Positions 9,199-19,244 of a stretch of DNA of 64,000 nucleotides are shown here, piece after piece (position 1 is the stretch's first letter; every line of letters begins with the position of its first letter). The translations under genes and the position numbers were made by a program. Below the pieces are notes generated by a model that searched no databases, had not been told where the DNA came from, and was given only the letters and a program-made list of their open reading frames with translations. This DNA comes from an uncultured bacterium. GTDB lineage: Bacteria; Patescibacteriota; Minisyncoccia; UBA6257; 2-01-FULL-56-20. The stretch spans positions 296,347 through 360,346 of the forward strand of contig CAVOJZ010000002.1 of NCBI GenBank assembly GCA_963696395.1. The letters are read 5' to 3'.

Positions 9199-10221
9199 AT
9201 GCATGACGAAGCGCTCTATTATAATGCGGTTGCAATCGCATTGCGCGGGAACAGCCGCATATTGCGCAAGTACGCCCTGATGGGTAGCTGGAAGGCAGCT
9301 TACGAAGACCTGCTCATGGGCACAATGCCGGTACCCGAGGCCGAAACCGCGTGGAAACCGCTCGAAAAAGAAGGGATTAAGATCTTATTTAAAGATGGCG
9401 GCTATCCCCCGCTTCTTTCTGAAATCAATCCGGCTCCGGTTGCTCTTTATATTCGCGGGCGGTTGCCGGCCACAACCCGATCCGTTGCGATAGTCGGCAC
9501 GCGCAGGGCAACACCTGAAGGAAAAAATCTTGCGGAGCAATTCGGCCGGGAGCTTGCTTCTGCAGGCCTCACCGTCGTGAGCGGTCTTGCATTGGGCATT
9601 GATGCCATGGCTCACGCCGGAGCGCTCGAAGCGGGCGGCGCCTGCGTCGCCGTCCTCGCACACGGTCTTGACCGGATTTACCCTGAAACCAATCGCCGGC
9701 TGGCGGAAAAAATTATCTCCTCGGGCGGTGCAATTGTTTCCGAATATCCTCCGCATGAACCTCCATTTGCTTATCGGTTCATCGAACGCAACCGCATCAT
9801 AAGCGGCATCTCAAAGGGCACGCTCGTCATCGAAGCACCCGAAGCGTCAGGGTCGCTCGCCACGGCAAATTTTGCCCTGGAGCAGAATCGGGACGTTTTT
9901 GTGGTCCCCGGCCCGATCACCCATCCGAACTTCCGCGGAGCGAATGCTCTTATCCGTCAAGGGGCAGAACTCGTCACGGGCGCAGCTAACATTCTCGCGG
10001 CCTACGGGATCGAAAACGATCGGTTGGCAGCACGCATCCCGCAAACACATTCGCCGGAAGAAAAGCTGATAGTAACTGTCCTCGCAGGCGCTTCCGAGCC
10101 GCTCGATGTTGACAAAATAATCGCAATGACTAAACTTGAACCCCGAATCGTGAACCAGACGCTCACCTTCCTCTTATTAAGGAAAACCGTCAGGGAAATC
10201 CAAGGGCAGTATACAATATAA
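9199..10221 (+). CDS. dprA: DNA processing protein DprA
   Basis: VAIVGTR, VVSGLALGID..AH, RNRIISG, SGSLAT, VFVVPG; adjacent to topA. Confidence 0.95.
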   Translation: MHDEALYYNAVAIALRGNSRILRKYALMGSWKAAYEDLLMGTMPVPEAETAWKPLEKEGIKILFKDGGYPPLLSEINPAPVALYIRGRLPATTRSVAIVGTRRATPEGKNLAEQFGRELASAGLTVVSGLALGIDAMAHAGALEAGGACVAVLAHGLDRIYPETNRRLAEKIISSGGAIVSEYPPHEPPFAYRFIERNRIISGISKGTLVIEAPEASGSLATANFALEQNRDVFVVPGPITHPNFRGANALIRQGAELVTGAANILAAYGIENDRLAARIPQTHSPEEKLIVTVLAGASEPLDVDKIIAMTKLEPRIVNQTLTFLLLRKTVREIQGQYTI

Positions 10222-10224
10222 ACC

Positions 10225-12504
10225 ATGGACCTCATTATTGTTGAATCACCCACGAAAGCGAAAACGATCGGCAAGTTCGTGGGGAAAAATTATGTCGTAG
10301 AATCTTCCTATGGCCACGTTCGCGATCTTCCAAAATCAAAGCTTGGCATCGATACCGAACATGATTTCGTTCCGAGCTATGTGGTCCCGAAGAAAGCCGC
10401 CCCGGTTGTTGCGAATCTGAAAGAACTCGCCGGCAAAGCGGACCGCGTGATCCTCGCGACTGACGAAGACCGCGAAGGTGAAGCGATCGCGTGGCATCTT
10501 ATGTCCGCACTCGACCTGAACGGCACGGCGGCATCTGGCCGCGGGAAAAAGAAAGTTGCCGCAGTCGCGGCAAAGCCGACCGAGCGCATTGTCTTCCACG
10601 AAATTACAAAAGACGCGATCCTGAATGCGCTTGAGCATCCCCGAACCATAGACAATAACCTCGTTGACGCCCAGCAGGCGCGACGAGTCCTCGACCGGCT
10701 TGTAGGCTACGGCCTTTCGCCGTTTTTGTGGAGAAAAATCCGTTACGGATTATCAGCCGGCCGCGTGCAAAGCGTGGCGGTCCGCCTGGTTGTTGAGCGG
10801 GAACGGGAAATCCAGAAATTCGACAAAGAAGAATATTGGTCAATCGAGGCGGACTTTCTGCCGAGCGGCGCGGGAGCCGGAAAAACCGTGTTCCCCGCAT
10901 ATCTTCACTCGATGGACGGCAAAGCCGTCGGCAAAATGGGAATCAAAAACGGGGACAACGCACGGGATATTATAGAGGGCCTCAAGAGCGCGAAATACAG
11001 CATCGCCGATATAACCGTAAAAGAAATTCGCCGGAACCCGTCGCCGCCGTTCACCACATCAACGCTCCAGCAGGAAGCCGCCCGCAAACTCGGCTACTCC
11101 GCGAAACAAACTATGGTTATCGCCCAAAAGCTTTATGAAAACGGGCACATAACCTACATGAGAACCGACAGCGTTAACCTTGCCGAATCCGCCCTTGCCC
11201 AGGCGCATCAGGTGATCGGTACGGAATTCGGAGCCCCGTACCAGCTTGATTCGCCGCGCCGATTTTCCACAAAGAGCAAAGGCGCACAGGAGGCGCACGA
11301 AGCCGTGCGGCCGACAAACCTTGCGGCAACGTCCGGCCACGATCTCGGCATCAAAGAGCGCAATGACCAACGCCTGTATGACCTTATCTGGAAGCGCACG
11401 ATCGCTTCGCAGATGAGGGAAGCACTCCTCGAACAGACCTCGGTTGATATCGTGGCGAGCACTCCGCACGGCGAAATGTTCCGCGCGAACGGCCAGACCG
11501 TTAAGTTCGACGGGTTTATCCGCGCATACACCGAAGGCCGCGACGAAGGCGTTGAAGGCGAAATCGAGGGCCAGCTTCCAAAACTGGAAAAGGATATGGC
11601 GCTCAAGCTTGAAGCATTGAAACCGCTACAACACTTCACCGAACCGCCGCCGCGCTATACCGACGCAACGCTCGTTAAGGCACTCGAAGCGGAAGGCGTC
11701 GGACGTCCGTCAACTTATGCACCAACGCTCTCAACCATTCAGGATCGAGGTTATGTTGAAAAACTCGAGAAGAAATATCATCCGACCGAAATCGGCATCT
11801 TAGTGAACGATCTGCTTGTGGAAAATTTTCCGGAGATTGTTGATTTAAAATTCACTTCGCACATCGAAGAAGAACTTGACGACGTTGCTGAAGGGAAAAT
11901 GCCTTGGGCCGAAGTCTGCAAGGAATTCTACGTCCCGTTCAAAAAGAACCTGGACGAAAAAGAGGCGACCGTTGAAAAGCAAATCGAGATTTCCGATGTC
12001 CCCTGCCCCCACTGCGGAAAACCCATGATTATCAAATTCGGACGCATGGGCAAATTCCTTGCGTGCCCCGAACCGGGCGTGAAGGTGACCTTGCCGATGC
12101 CCGAAGAAGCGGCACAAATCAAAGCGCTCGAAGAAAAGACGAAAGATGAACGCTGTCCGATCTGCGGCAAACCGATGAAAGTGCGCCGCGGCCGTTTCGG
12201 ATTTTTCCTCGGCTGCACCGATTACCCGACCTGCAAAGGCGTCTCCAGGATATGGAACAAAACCGGGTTCAAATGCCCGAACTGTCTTGCAACTCCGGAA
12301 CGCGCCGAAAAACCGGGCGACGTCGTCGAAAAGAAATCGCGCGGACGCGGTAAGCCATTTTATGCCTGTACCCGCTTCCCCGATTGCACCTTTGTGATGA
12401 ATAAACGACCCGAATCACAGGCCGAACTCGATGAAGGATTTAAATACTGGAAAGAAAATCCGCCGAAACCGAAAGTGAAAAAAGAAAAGGCGATCGTGAA
12501 ATAA
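10225..12504 (+). CDS. topA: DNA topoisomerase I
   Basis: IVESPTKAK, ATDEDREGEAI, SAGRVQS, ITYMRTDS, GRPSTY, C-terminal zinc ribbons. Confidence 0.97.
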   Translation: MDLIIVESPTKAKTIGKFVGKNYVVESSYGHVRDLPKSKLGIDTEHDFVPSYVVPKKAAPVVANLKELAGKADRVILATDEDREGEAIAWHLMSALDLNGTAASGRGKKKVAAVAAKPTERIVFHEITKDAILNALEHPRTIDNNLVDAQQARRVLDRLVGYGLSPFLWRKIRYGLSAGRVQSVAVRLVVEREREIQKFDKEEYWSIEADFLPSGAGAGKTVFPAYLHSMDGKAVGKMGIKNGDNARDIIEGLKSAKYSIADITVKEIRRNPSPPFTTSTLQQEAARKLGYSAKQTMVIAQKLYENGHITYMRTDSVNLAESALAQAHQVIGTEFGAPYQLDSPRRFSTKSKGAQEAHEAVRPTNLAATSGHDLGIKERNDQRLYDLIWKRTIASQMREALLEQTSVDIVASTPHGEMFRANGQTVKFDGFIRAYTEGRDEGVEGEIEGQLPKLEKDMALKLEALKPLQHFTEPPPRYTDATLVKALEAEGVGRPSTYAPTLSTIQDRGYVEKLEKKYHPTEIGILVNDLLVENFPEIVDLKFTSHIEEELDDVAEGKMPWAEVCKEFYVPFKKNLDEKEATVEKQIEISDVPCPHCGKPMIIKFGRMGKFLACPEPGVKVTLPMPEEAAQIKALEEKTKDERCPICGKPMKVRRGRFGFFLGCTDYPTCKGVSRIWNKTGFKCPNCLATPERAEKPGDVVEKKSRGRGKPFYACTRFPDCTFVMNKRPESQAELDEGFKYWKENPPKPKVKKEKAIVK

Positions 12505-12555
12505 AAAGGGGGCCACGATCTTGGTAATGTCGGAATTCCGGCGTACTATAAAGCC

Positions 12556-14253
12556 ATGACCGTAAAGGAGCTCTCAAAGAAAGAACCGCAAACCCTTATC
12601 GGCCGCGCGTTCGCGTTTTCGGCCGATGCCCACAAAGAGCAAGAGCGGAAAAGCGGCGAACCGTATTTTAATCACGCGCTTGCGACCGCCGAGATCCTGA
12701 AATCGTGGCACCTCGATGACGACACGATCGCCGCCGGGCTCCTTCATGACACCGTCGAAGATACGGGCGTTCCGCTTGCAACGATCGAAAAACAATTCGG
12801 CAAGGATGTGGCGTTCCTCGTGGACGGCGTGACCAAGCTCGGACATATCAAATATCGCGGCGAAGAGCACAAGGCGGAAAATCTGCGGAAAATGATTCTT
12901 GCGCTCTCCCATGACCTGCGCGTAGTCTTCATTAAACTCGCCGACCGCATGCACAACATGCAGACCCTCGGCCACCTTCCCCCGGCAAAGCAAAAACGCG
13001 TGGCGCTCGAGACCGACGAGATCTATGCTCCGCTCGCCTACCGCCTCGGCATGCATAATGTGAGCGGCGAATTGCAGGATCTCGCATTCCCCTTTCTCCA
13101 CCCACAGGAATATGCGTGGCTCGTGAAAACCGCGAAAGCACAATACGAGGAACGGATGAAATATCTCGAGAAGATAAAACCTGCGGTCAAAAAACTGCTC
13201 GAAGAACACGACATCAAACCGATCGATATCGAAATCCGCGCGAAACGATACGCGAGCTTATATAAAAAATTGCTCCGCCGCGAAATGGACATCGGCCGCG
13301 TATACGACCTCGTCGCCATGCGCGTCGTTGTTGAAACCGTGCCGGAGTGCTATGCCGCGCTCGGTGTAATCCATGAAATGTGGACGCCGGTGCCGCGGCG
13401 CATCAAGGATTATATCGCCATGCAGAAGCCGAACGGCTACCGGAGCCTGCATACGACCGTGATCGGCCCGGACGATAAAACTATCGAATTCCAAATCCGC
13501 ACAAAGGCAATGCACGACGAAAACGAATATGGCATCGCGGCCCATTGGCTTTACGACCAAAAACGCCGGGGCGAGGCGGTTTCCGGAAGAAAGCTTGCAA
13601 AGGAAATCGAGTGGGTGCAACAACTCAAACACTGGCAGGAGCACTTCCTCGGCAAAGAAGAGACGCCGGAGGAATTCTTGGAAGCGGTGAAGGTGAATTT
13701 CTTCACCGACCGGATTTTTGCCGTCACGCCGCACGGAGACGTTATTGACCTCCCGCAGGGCGCGACGCCGATTGATTTCGCCTATCACGTGCATTCTGAA
13801 ATTGGCGACGAGGCGGCGGGGGCGAAAGTGAACGGCGCCATCGTGCCGCTCGACAGAACATTGAAATCTGGCGATGTCGTTGAAATCCTCATTCACAAAG
13901 GGAAAAAACCTTCTTCAGACTGGTTGCGGTTCGTAAAGACCGCCGTTGCGCGCGACCATATCAAGGTTGCGCTCCGCGGCAAAAACCGGTTCGCCCGCGG
14001 ACTCACTTCAACCGTTCACGCAGAACTTAAAATCGCAGTAGAACTTCGCGTTGGACTTATTGAAGATATCTCAGGGATGATCGCCAGGTCGCACATCACG
14101 ATCGCAAATTTTCACACCGAGAATTCGAAGGGCGCACGCTTCGTTTCATATAAAATTGAACTTTCGATCGTGGACGAACGAAAAATTGAAAAGCTTGTTT
14201 TAAAACTCAAAAAAATCAAAGGGGTTCGCGAAATTTCGTATAAGCTCGCTTAA
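12556..14253 (+). CDS. RelA/SpoT (p)ppGpp synthetase/hydrolase (HD-SYNTH-TGS-ACT)
   Basis: GEPYFNH, LLHDTVED, KLADRMHN, KPNGYRSLHT, EFQIRT, TPIDFAY. Confidence 0.93.
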   Translation: MTVKELSKKEPQTLIGRAFAFSADAHKEQERKSGEPYFNHALATAEILKSWHLDDDTIAAGLLHDTVEDTGVPLATIEKQFGKDVAFLVDGVTKLGHIKYRGEEHKAENLRKMILALSHDLRVVFIKLADRMHNMQTLGHLPPAKQKRVALETDEIYAPLAYRLGMHNVSGELQDLAFPFLHPQEYAWLVKTAKAQYEERMKYLEKIKPAVKKLLEEHDIKPIDIEIRAKRYASLYKKLLRREMDIGRVYDLVAMRVVVETVPECYAALGVIHEMWTPVPRRIKDYIAMQKPNGYRSLHTTVIGPDDKTIEFQIRTKAMHDENEYGIAAHWLYDQKRRGEAVSGRKLAKEIEWVQQLKHWQEHFLGKEETPEEFLEAVKVNFFTDRIFAVTPHGDVIDLPQGATPIDFAYHVHSEIGDEAAGAKVNGAIVPLDRTLKSGDVVEILIHKGKKPSSDWLRFVKTAVARDHIKVALRGKNRFARGLTSTVHAELKIAVELRVGLIEDISGMIARSHITIANFHTENSKGARFVSYKIELSIVDERKIEKLVLKLKKIKGVREISYKLA

Positions 14254-14256
14254 CGC

Positions 14257-15342
14257 CTACATCCCTCCCCGCTCCTGTTTGAGCCGATGCAATATATTTT
14301 CGAGTTCCTCTTCTGAGTAAAACGTGATCGTGATGCGGCCGGCGTTCATGCCTTTTCGAATCTCAACCGGTGCACCGAGCGATGAACTGAGCTCGTCCTG
14401 CATTGCGCGCACTTCGGGTGCAACGTTCTCCTCGCTCATCGGCGGCCGGCCGCGGCGGGCGCCACTCGACGCCATAACGCGCTCTTTTACGTCGCGGGTG
14501 GTGAGTTTGTTGGTGAGGATATCGTCGAAAAGCCGCTTCTGCGCTCCGGGATCGTCCAAAGTGAGCAGTAAGCGTGCATGGCTTTCCGACATGGTTCCTT
14601 TTTCAACCGCTTCGCGCACGTATTCCGGAAGGTCGAGCAGGCGCATCGTGTTCGCAACCACTTCGCGCGATTTGCCCAGCTTGGCCGCAATCTCTCGTTG
14701 GGTCATCCGAAACTCCTCCTGCAAACGCACGAACGCTCTCGCGGTTTCGATCGGATTTAAATTTTCCCGTTGGATATTTTCGATAACGGCGAGCTCCAGC
14801 TTTTCGCGCTCAAGATGGACGTTGCGGATGATCACCGGAGCCGTACGCAAATTCAACATCTTCGCGGCAAGATATCGCCGCTCACCGGCAATCAATTGAT
14901 ATTCCACGGCAATCCCGGTCGGGCTTTCGCGTTCAACTTTTGTAACAACGAGCGGCTGCAAAAAACCAAACTCGCGGATTGAGTTCGCAAGCTCCTTCAA
15001 TGCAGCTTCGTCAAAATTGCGCCGCGGCTGATCCGGGTTCGGTTTTATCTTTTCAAGCTCAATCTGAAAAACAGACTGCGAAGATTGCGGCTCGGTTGTT
15101 TTTTGCGTTTGTGCGGGAGCTTGCGGTTGGGGCGATTGCACCTGTGGCTTGGGTTGCTGCTGCTCTTGGGGTTTGGGCTGTGCCGGTGTTTGCTGCGGTT
15201 GCTGCGCCGGCCGAATAAACGGCTGAGCCTGAAATTGCGGCTCGTGTGCTTGCGGCTGCTGCGGCTGTGCCGGTTGTTGTGGATTTCCGTCCTGATTCCC
15301 TTTTTGCGGCGGTATTAATGATTCGAGTCCTTTGCCAAGCAT
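14257..15342 (-). CDS. parB: Chromosome partitioning protein ParB
   Basis: LGKGLESLIP, PNPDQPRRNF, IAGERR, ENIQRENL, HTH; Q/P-rich linker. Confidence 0.95.
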   Translation of the reverse strand: MLGKGLESLIPPQKGNQDGNPQQPAQPQQPQAHEPQFQAQPFIRPAQQPQQTPAQPKPQEQQQPKPQVQSPQPQAPAQTQKTTEPQSSQSVFQIELEKIKPNPDQPRRNFDEAALKELANSIREFGFLQPLVVTKVERESPTGIAVEYQLIAGERRYLAAKMLNLRTAPVIIRNVHLEREKLELAVIENIQRENLNPIETARAFVRLQEEFRMTQREIAAKLGKSREVVANTMRLLDLPEYVREAVEKGTMSESHARLLLTLDDPGAQKRLFDDILTNKLTTRDVKERVMASSGARRGRPPMSEENVAPEVRAMQDELSSSLGAPVEIRKGMNAGRITITFYSEEELENILHRLKQERGGM

Positions 15343-15344
15343 GG

Positions 15345-16169
15345 TTATAGATTAAAATTTCCAAATTCACCGGCAACGACAATTGACCGCGGCTCACTCT
15401 CCCACGCCCCTTCCTGTCCGATCACCTCCCGCGCCAATCGTTCGTATGCCGTCGCGCCGGGCGAATCGGGCCGGTACAAAACAATCGGCTTGGAGAAACT
15501 CGGCGCCTCCGCGAGCGCGACTGCGCGCGGGATCTCAACTTCAAAAACCTTGTGCGGAAAATGGTCCCTGATATTTTTCGAAACTTCGCGGCTTAAACGC
15601 TCGCGCTTGTCATACATCGTGATGAGCGCCCCCGAAATCCGCAGGTCGTGCCTTAAGTTTATTTTGATAAGCTCGATGGTTTCGAGCAGCTGCCCGATTC
15701 CCTCCAGGCTGTAATATTCGGTTTGCACCGGAATCAAAACTTCATCCGCGGCAACAAGCCCGTTTACCGTAAGCAAGCTCAAGCTCGGTGGAAGATCTAT
15801 CAAAATATAATCGTACTGATGGCGAAGGCGGTTGATGAATTTTCGCAAAAAATATTCCCGCTCCGGAACGTCCACGAGTTCGATCAGGGCTCCCGCCAGG
15901 TGCGGAGCACCCGGAACATAATGATAATTTGCGAGCGGTGAAGCCCACACGAGCTGCTCGTACGGTGCGGCGTCAATGATGCCGTGATAAATACTCATCG
16001 CATTCACCTTCGGATCGTGCCCAAGTGCGGAACTCGCATTCGCCTGCGGATCAAAGTCAACCAACAAGACGCGTTTGCCGGCGAGCGCAAGATATGCACC
16101 CAAATTTACCGCCGTCGTGGTTTTACCCACGCCGCCTTTCTGGTTGCAGATCGCAATCACACGCGCCAT
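15345..16169 (-). CDS. parA: Chromosome partitioning ATPase ParA/Soj
   Basis: NQKGGVGKTTT, DFDPQAN, IDLPPS, LAEAPS. Confidence 0.95.
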   Translation of the reverse strand: MARVIAICNQKGGVGKTTTAVNLGAYLALAGKRVLLVDFDPQANASSALGHDPKVNAMSIYHGIIDAAPYEQLVWASPLANYHYVPGAPHLAGALIELVDVPEREYFLRKFINRLRHQYDYILIDLPPSLSLLTVNGLVAADEVLIPVQTEYYSLEGIGQLLETIELIKINLRHDLRISGALITMYDKRERLSREVSKNIRDHFPHKVFEVEIPRAVALAEAPSFSKPIVLYRPDSPGATAYERLAREVIGQEGAWESEPRSIVVAGEFGNFNL

Positions 16170-16217
16170 ATGCCTTGATTTTACCGCGATAAATCACTAT
16201 TATCAATTGTGCCGAAC

Positions 16218-16300
16218 GCTCAGGTGGCGAAACGGCAACCGCGATGGACTCAAAATCCATTGACCGCAAGGTCTTGAGGGTTCGATTCCCTCCCTGAGCA
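16218..16300 (+). tRNA. tRNA-Leu(CAA)
   Basis: GCTCAGG/CCTGAGC acceptor stem, ATGGA-CTCAAAA-TCCAT anticodon arm, variable arm GACC-GCAA-GGTC, T-arm GAGGG-TTCGATT-CCCTC. Confidence 0.95.
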
Positions 16301-16335
16301 CTAGATCTAGATTTTTAATAAAGTTTTAATGTGGA

Positions 16336-16941
16336 TTGAGTTTAATGGATGTTATGGCTCAATCCGGAATGTTAAATTCTAATAAAATATTGCAAGCCTT
16401 CATCATAGGAGTAGCGCTTGGCGATGGGAATCTATCCAATCCAAACGGTCGAGCAGTTAGATTGCGAATTACTTGTGATAAAGGATATCCCATCCTCATC
16501 GACCACATCGCAACAAAGCTTCGGGAACTATTCCCCGAAAACAAAGTCTCATTTATTGATAGGAATAGAGCCGTGGACATTTGTCTTTACTCAAATCACC
16601 TTGTAGCACTACTAGGCTATTCGTGGAACTTCGGTCCAAAAGATCAACAAAATGTCGGCATCCCCGATTGGGTGAAGGAAGACACCCAATACGCAAAAGA
16701 ATGCCTACGCGGTCTCTTTCAAACCGACGGATCTATCTACCACGATCGTGGATATCTCATGATAAATTTTGTGAATGCTTGTGAGCAATTGGCTGAAGAT
16801 GTCTATCGTATGATCCAGAGCCTTGGCTACACTCCTAATATCCAAAGGCTTTTTCAGTCTAACCAAAAAATCAAGCACACCATTCGCCTATCGCGAGAAA
16901 CAAAACGCTTCATAAACGAGATTCAACTGTGGAAAATGTGA
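16336..16941 (+). CDS. Free-standing double-motif LAGLIDADG (intein/DOD-type) endonuclease-like protein
   Basis: Motif 1 AFIIGVALGDGNL, IPDWV, motif 2 CLRGLFQTDGSI; visibly AT-richer than flanking core genes; true start may be ATG 16345 or later. Confidence 0.8.
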   Translation: MSLMDVMAQSGMLNSNKILQAFIIGVALGDGNLSNPNGRAVRLRITCDKGYPILIDHIATKLRELFPENKVSFIDRNRAVDICLYSNHLVALLGYSWNFGPKDQQNVGIPDWVKEDTQYAKECLRGLFQTDGSIYHDRGYLMINFVNACEQLAEDVYRMIQSLGYTPNIQRLFQSNQKIKHTIRLSRETKRFINEIQLWKM

Positions 16942-17057
16942 AGTGTACTTATCCTCGCAAGTCAAACAAAAACTCCAGCGGGGGTATTGACTGTGCGAAC
17001 GTCAGGAGCGCTCTCTTTTTTCTTGTTGCCAGCGGGGCGCGAAAAGTTTCCGTCTGC

Positions 17058-17615
17058 TCAGCTCAGAGGAAGGTAGTAATGCAGAACATTCCCGGATTTA
17101 AATTCGCGCTTATTGGCAAGTGTGAACTTCACTTTTTTTGATAACCCCGTGAACAATGAACTGCCGCTTCCGAGTGCGACCGGGTTCACCATGATACGAA
17201 ACTCATCCACCAACCCCGCCTCCATGAGGCTGACACATAAATTATTACTGCCGAAAATGGCGATACTTTTGCCGGGTATATTTTTCAACTCCTTAATCTC
17301 ACTCACGACATCGGCACTCACGACCGTCGTGTTGTTCCATTCCGCCGGGAAGGATTCATGAGAGACGACAACTTTCTGCATTTCGTTCATCAGTTTCGCG
17401 GTAGTGGGCTCAGCCGCCGTCCCCTGCGGCGTCGGCCACCAACGTGCCATCATGTCATATGTTCTGCGTCCAAAAAGCAGAGTGTCAATCTCGCCGAGCT
17501 GTTCGTTGGCAAATGAGTGAAACTCGGCATCAACATTATGCCAGGATATGTCATGGTCCTTGCCTTCAAAATAACCGTCCAGGCTGACCATCATGAATAA
17601 GAAAATTTTTCTCAT
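17058..17615 (-). CDS. Dihydrofolate reductase-like (RibD C-terminal domain) protein
   Basis: MVSLDGYF, LLFGRRTY, GLVDEF.I.VNPV.LGSG..LF. Confidence 0.88.
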   Translation of the reverse strand: MRKIFLFMMVSLDGYFEGKDHDISWHNVDAEFHSFANEQLGEIDTLLFGRRTYDMMARWWPTPQGTAAEPTTAKLMNEMQKVVVSHESFPAEWNNTTVVSADVVSEIKELKNIPGKSIAIFGSNNLCVSLMEAGLVDEFRIMVNPVALGSGSSLFTGLSKKVKFTLANKREFKSGNVLHYYLPLS

Positions 17616-17624
17616 GAGACGATC

Positions 17625-18569
17625 TCACCCTCGCACCCGAGTTTTTGCGTTCGCAGATGTTTTCTTATAAAACCGGAATTGATTTCCCCCGTTCTTTTTG
17701 GCTTCATAGAGAGCCATATCGGAAAAACGGAGAAGGTCTGCGGGCTTCTTCCCGTCAACCGGATAAAGAGCACAGCCAATACTAACCGAGGTTTTGATTA
17801 TTCTTTTCTCAATGATAATCGGGATTTCAAAGGCTCGCACTATTTTTTTTGCGATCCGGGTTGCGTTTGCCACGCTTTTTAATTGTTTTGCCAAAACGAC
17901 GAATTCATCCCCTCCAAAACGCGCCGCCATGTCGGAGGTCCGAACGGCGTGGCTCAGACGATGGGCGATTTCTATGAGCACGAGGTCGCCGAATCGATGG
18001 CCCTCTTCGTCGTTTGTCCGCTTAAAATTATTAAAATCAAGGTAAAGAACGGCAAGCATATTCCCCTTCTTTGTCTTAACGATCGCTTCAAGGAATGTTT
18101 CTTCAAAAAAGTTCCGGTTAGGTAATCCCGTCAAAAAATCATGCGTTGAGTTATGAACGGCAGTTGTATGAAGATCGTTTTGCTGGGTAACGTCCCTCAT
18201 TATCTTTGAAAATCCCTGATGATCACCTTCCCTGTCGCGCGTTGACGTCAGGACTCCGCTACTCCAAAATTTTGTTTTATTCTTACGGATGTATTGCCGT
18301 TCATCCAGATATCTCCCCTCACTCACTGCGTTTTTCATATCGGAATTAGGCGCGCCACGTCTCACGTTCTCTTTCGTGAAGAGGATGGAAAACTTTTTCC
18401 CGACAATTTCGTCTCTCTTATATCCGAATAGTTTGACTCCTCCTTGATCCCAGCTGGTAATCCTTCCTTTCTTATCAATCATAAAAATCGCATAATCGCG
18501 TATGCTTTCAACGAGCGTTTGATAGCTTTGCTCAATATTCGATTTTCCTTTGCGCCGCTCAACTTTCAT
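17625..18569 (-). CDS. PAS-GGDEF diguanylate cyclase
   Basis: PAS/PAC (DYAIFMID..G.I.SW..G...LFGY), HDFLTGLPNR, RTSD I-site, RFGGDEF. Confidence 0.92.
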   Translation of the reverse strand: MKVERRKGKSNIEQSYQTLVESIRDYAIFMIDKKGRITSWDQGGVKLFGYKRDEIVGKKFSILFTKENVRRGAPNSDMKNAVSEGRYLDERQYIRKNKTKFWSSGVLTSTRDREGDHQGFSKIMRDVTQQNDLHTTAVHNSTHDFLTGLPNRNFFEETFLEAIVKTKKGNMLAVLYLDFNNFKRTNDEEGHRFGDLVLIEIAHRLSHAVRTSDMAARFGGDEFVVLAKQLKSVANATRIAKKIVRAFEIPIIIEKRIIKTSVSIGCALYPVDGKKPADLLRFSDMALYEAKKNGGNQFRFYKKTSANAKTRVRG

Positions 18570-18675
18570 ACCCTTCAGTATAGACTCTTATTAGGGGGGG
18601 GGGGCAAATGATGGTTAAAGTCGCCTGTAATGGATCTCAATTTCACACGGCTTCAACAACATAACAAATCCAAGC

Positions 18676-19239
18676 ATGCCGGAAAACGTACCAATCAAAA
18701 GCCACCTCACGAAACTCGCCCTTCGCATGAAGCAAGGAAATCGAAAAGCTGCCGAAGAGCTATATGATGATTTAAGCAGAAAGGCATTCGGGTTTTTCTA
18801 TACCCGCACGGGTAGCCGTGAAGTTGCGGAAGACCTCTCTCAGGATATTTTCGTTCGACTAGTTAAAAGAATCGAAAGCTTTGACGAGGAAAAAGGAAGG
18901 TTCGAGGTTTGGTTCTGGCGCATCGCGAGAAATATGCTCGTGGACCACTACCGACTAAAGAAGGCGACGCCGTTTTCGGCTTTCCCGGATCAAACCCTGG
19001 AAGCCATATCCGTGACTCACGAGCCCGATATTGACGATCGTCTCCAGTATCAAAAAGTGCAGGAGTACGTAAAGAAAATGGGAGAGAAAGAATATAAACT
19101 TTTTGAATTAAGATATGTCGCACAAATGGCGTATCGTGATATGAGCAAATTGCTTGGAAGATCCGAAGGATCGCTCCGGATCGCACTCATGCGCATAAGA
19201 GAAAAAATTCGGGACGAACTGACTCCCGTGTTGGCTTAA
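18676..19239 (+). CDS. ECF-type RNA polymerase sigma factor
   Basis: AEDLSQDIF, WFWRIARN.LVD.YR region 2; C-terminal HTH region 4. Confidence 0.9.
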   Translation: MPENVPIKSHLTKLALRMKQGNRKAAEELYDDLSRKAFGFFYTRTGSREVAEDLSQDIFVRLVKRIESFDEEKGRFEVWFWRIARNMLVDHYRLKKATPFSAFPDQTLEAISVTHEPDIDDRLQYQKVQEYVKKMGEKEYKLFELRYVAQMAYRDMSKLLGRSEGSLRIALMRIREKIRDELTPVLA

Positions 19240-19244
19240 ACTTT

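Noticed and set aside
14257-16217. Replication origin or parS next to parAB
   Set aside because: No DnaA-box cluster, long AT-rich gap or GTTTCAC-GTGAAAC palindrome seen
16218-17050. Group I intron or intein hosting the LAGLIDADG ORF
   Set aside because: The tRNA is uninterrupted, no split host gene flanks the ORF, and there are no C/S...HN splicing termini
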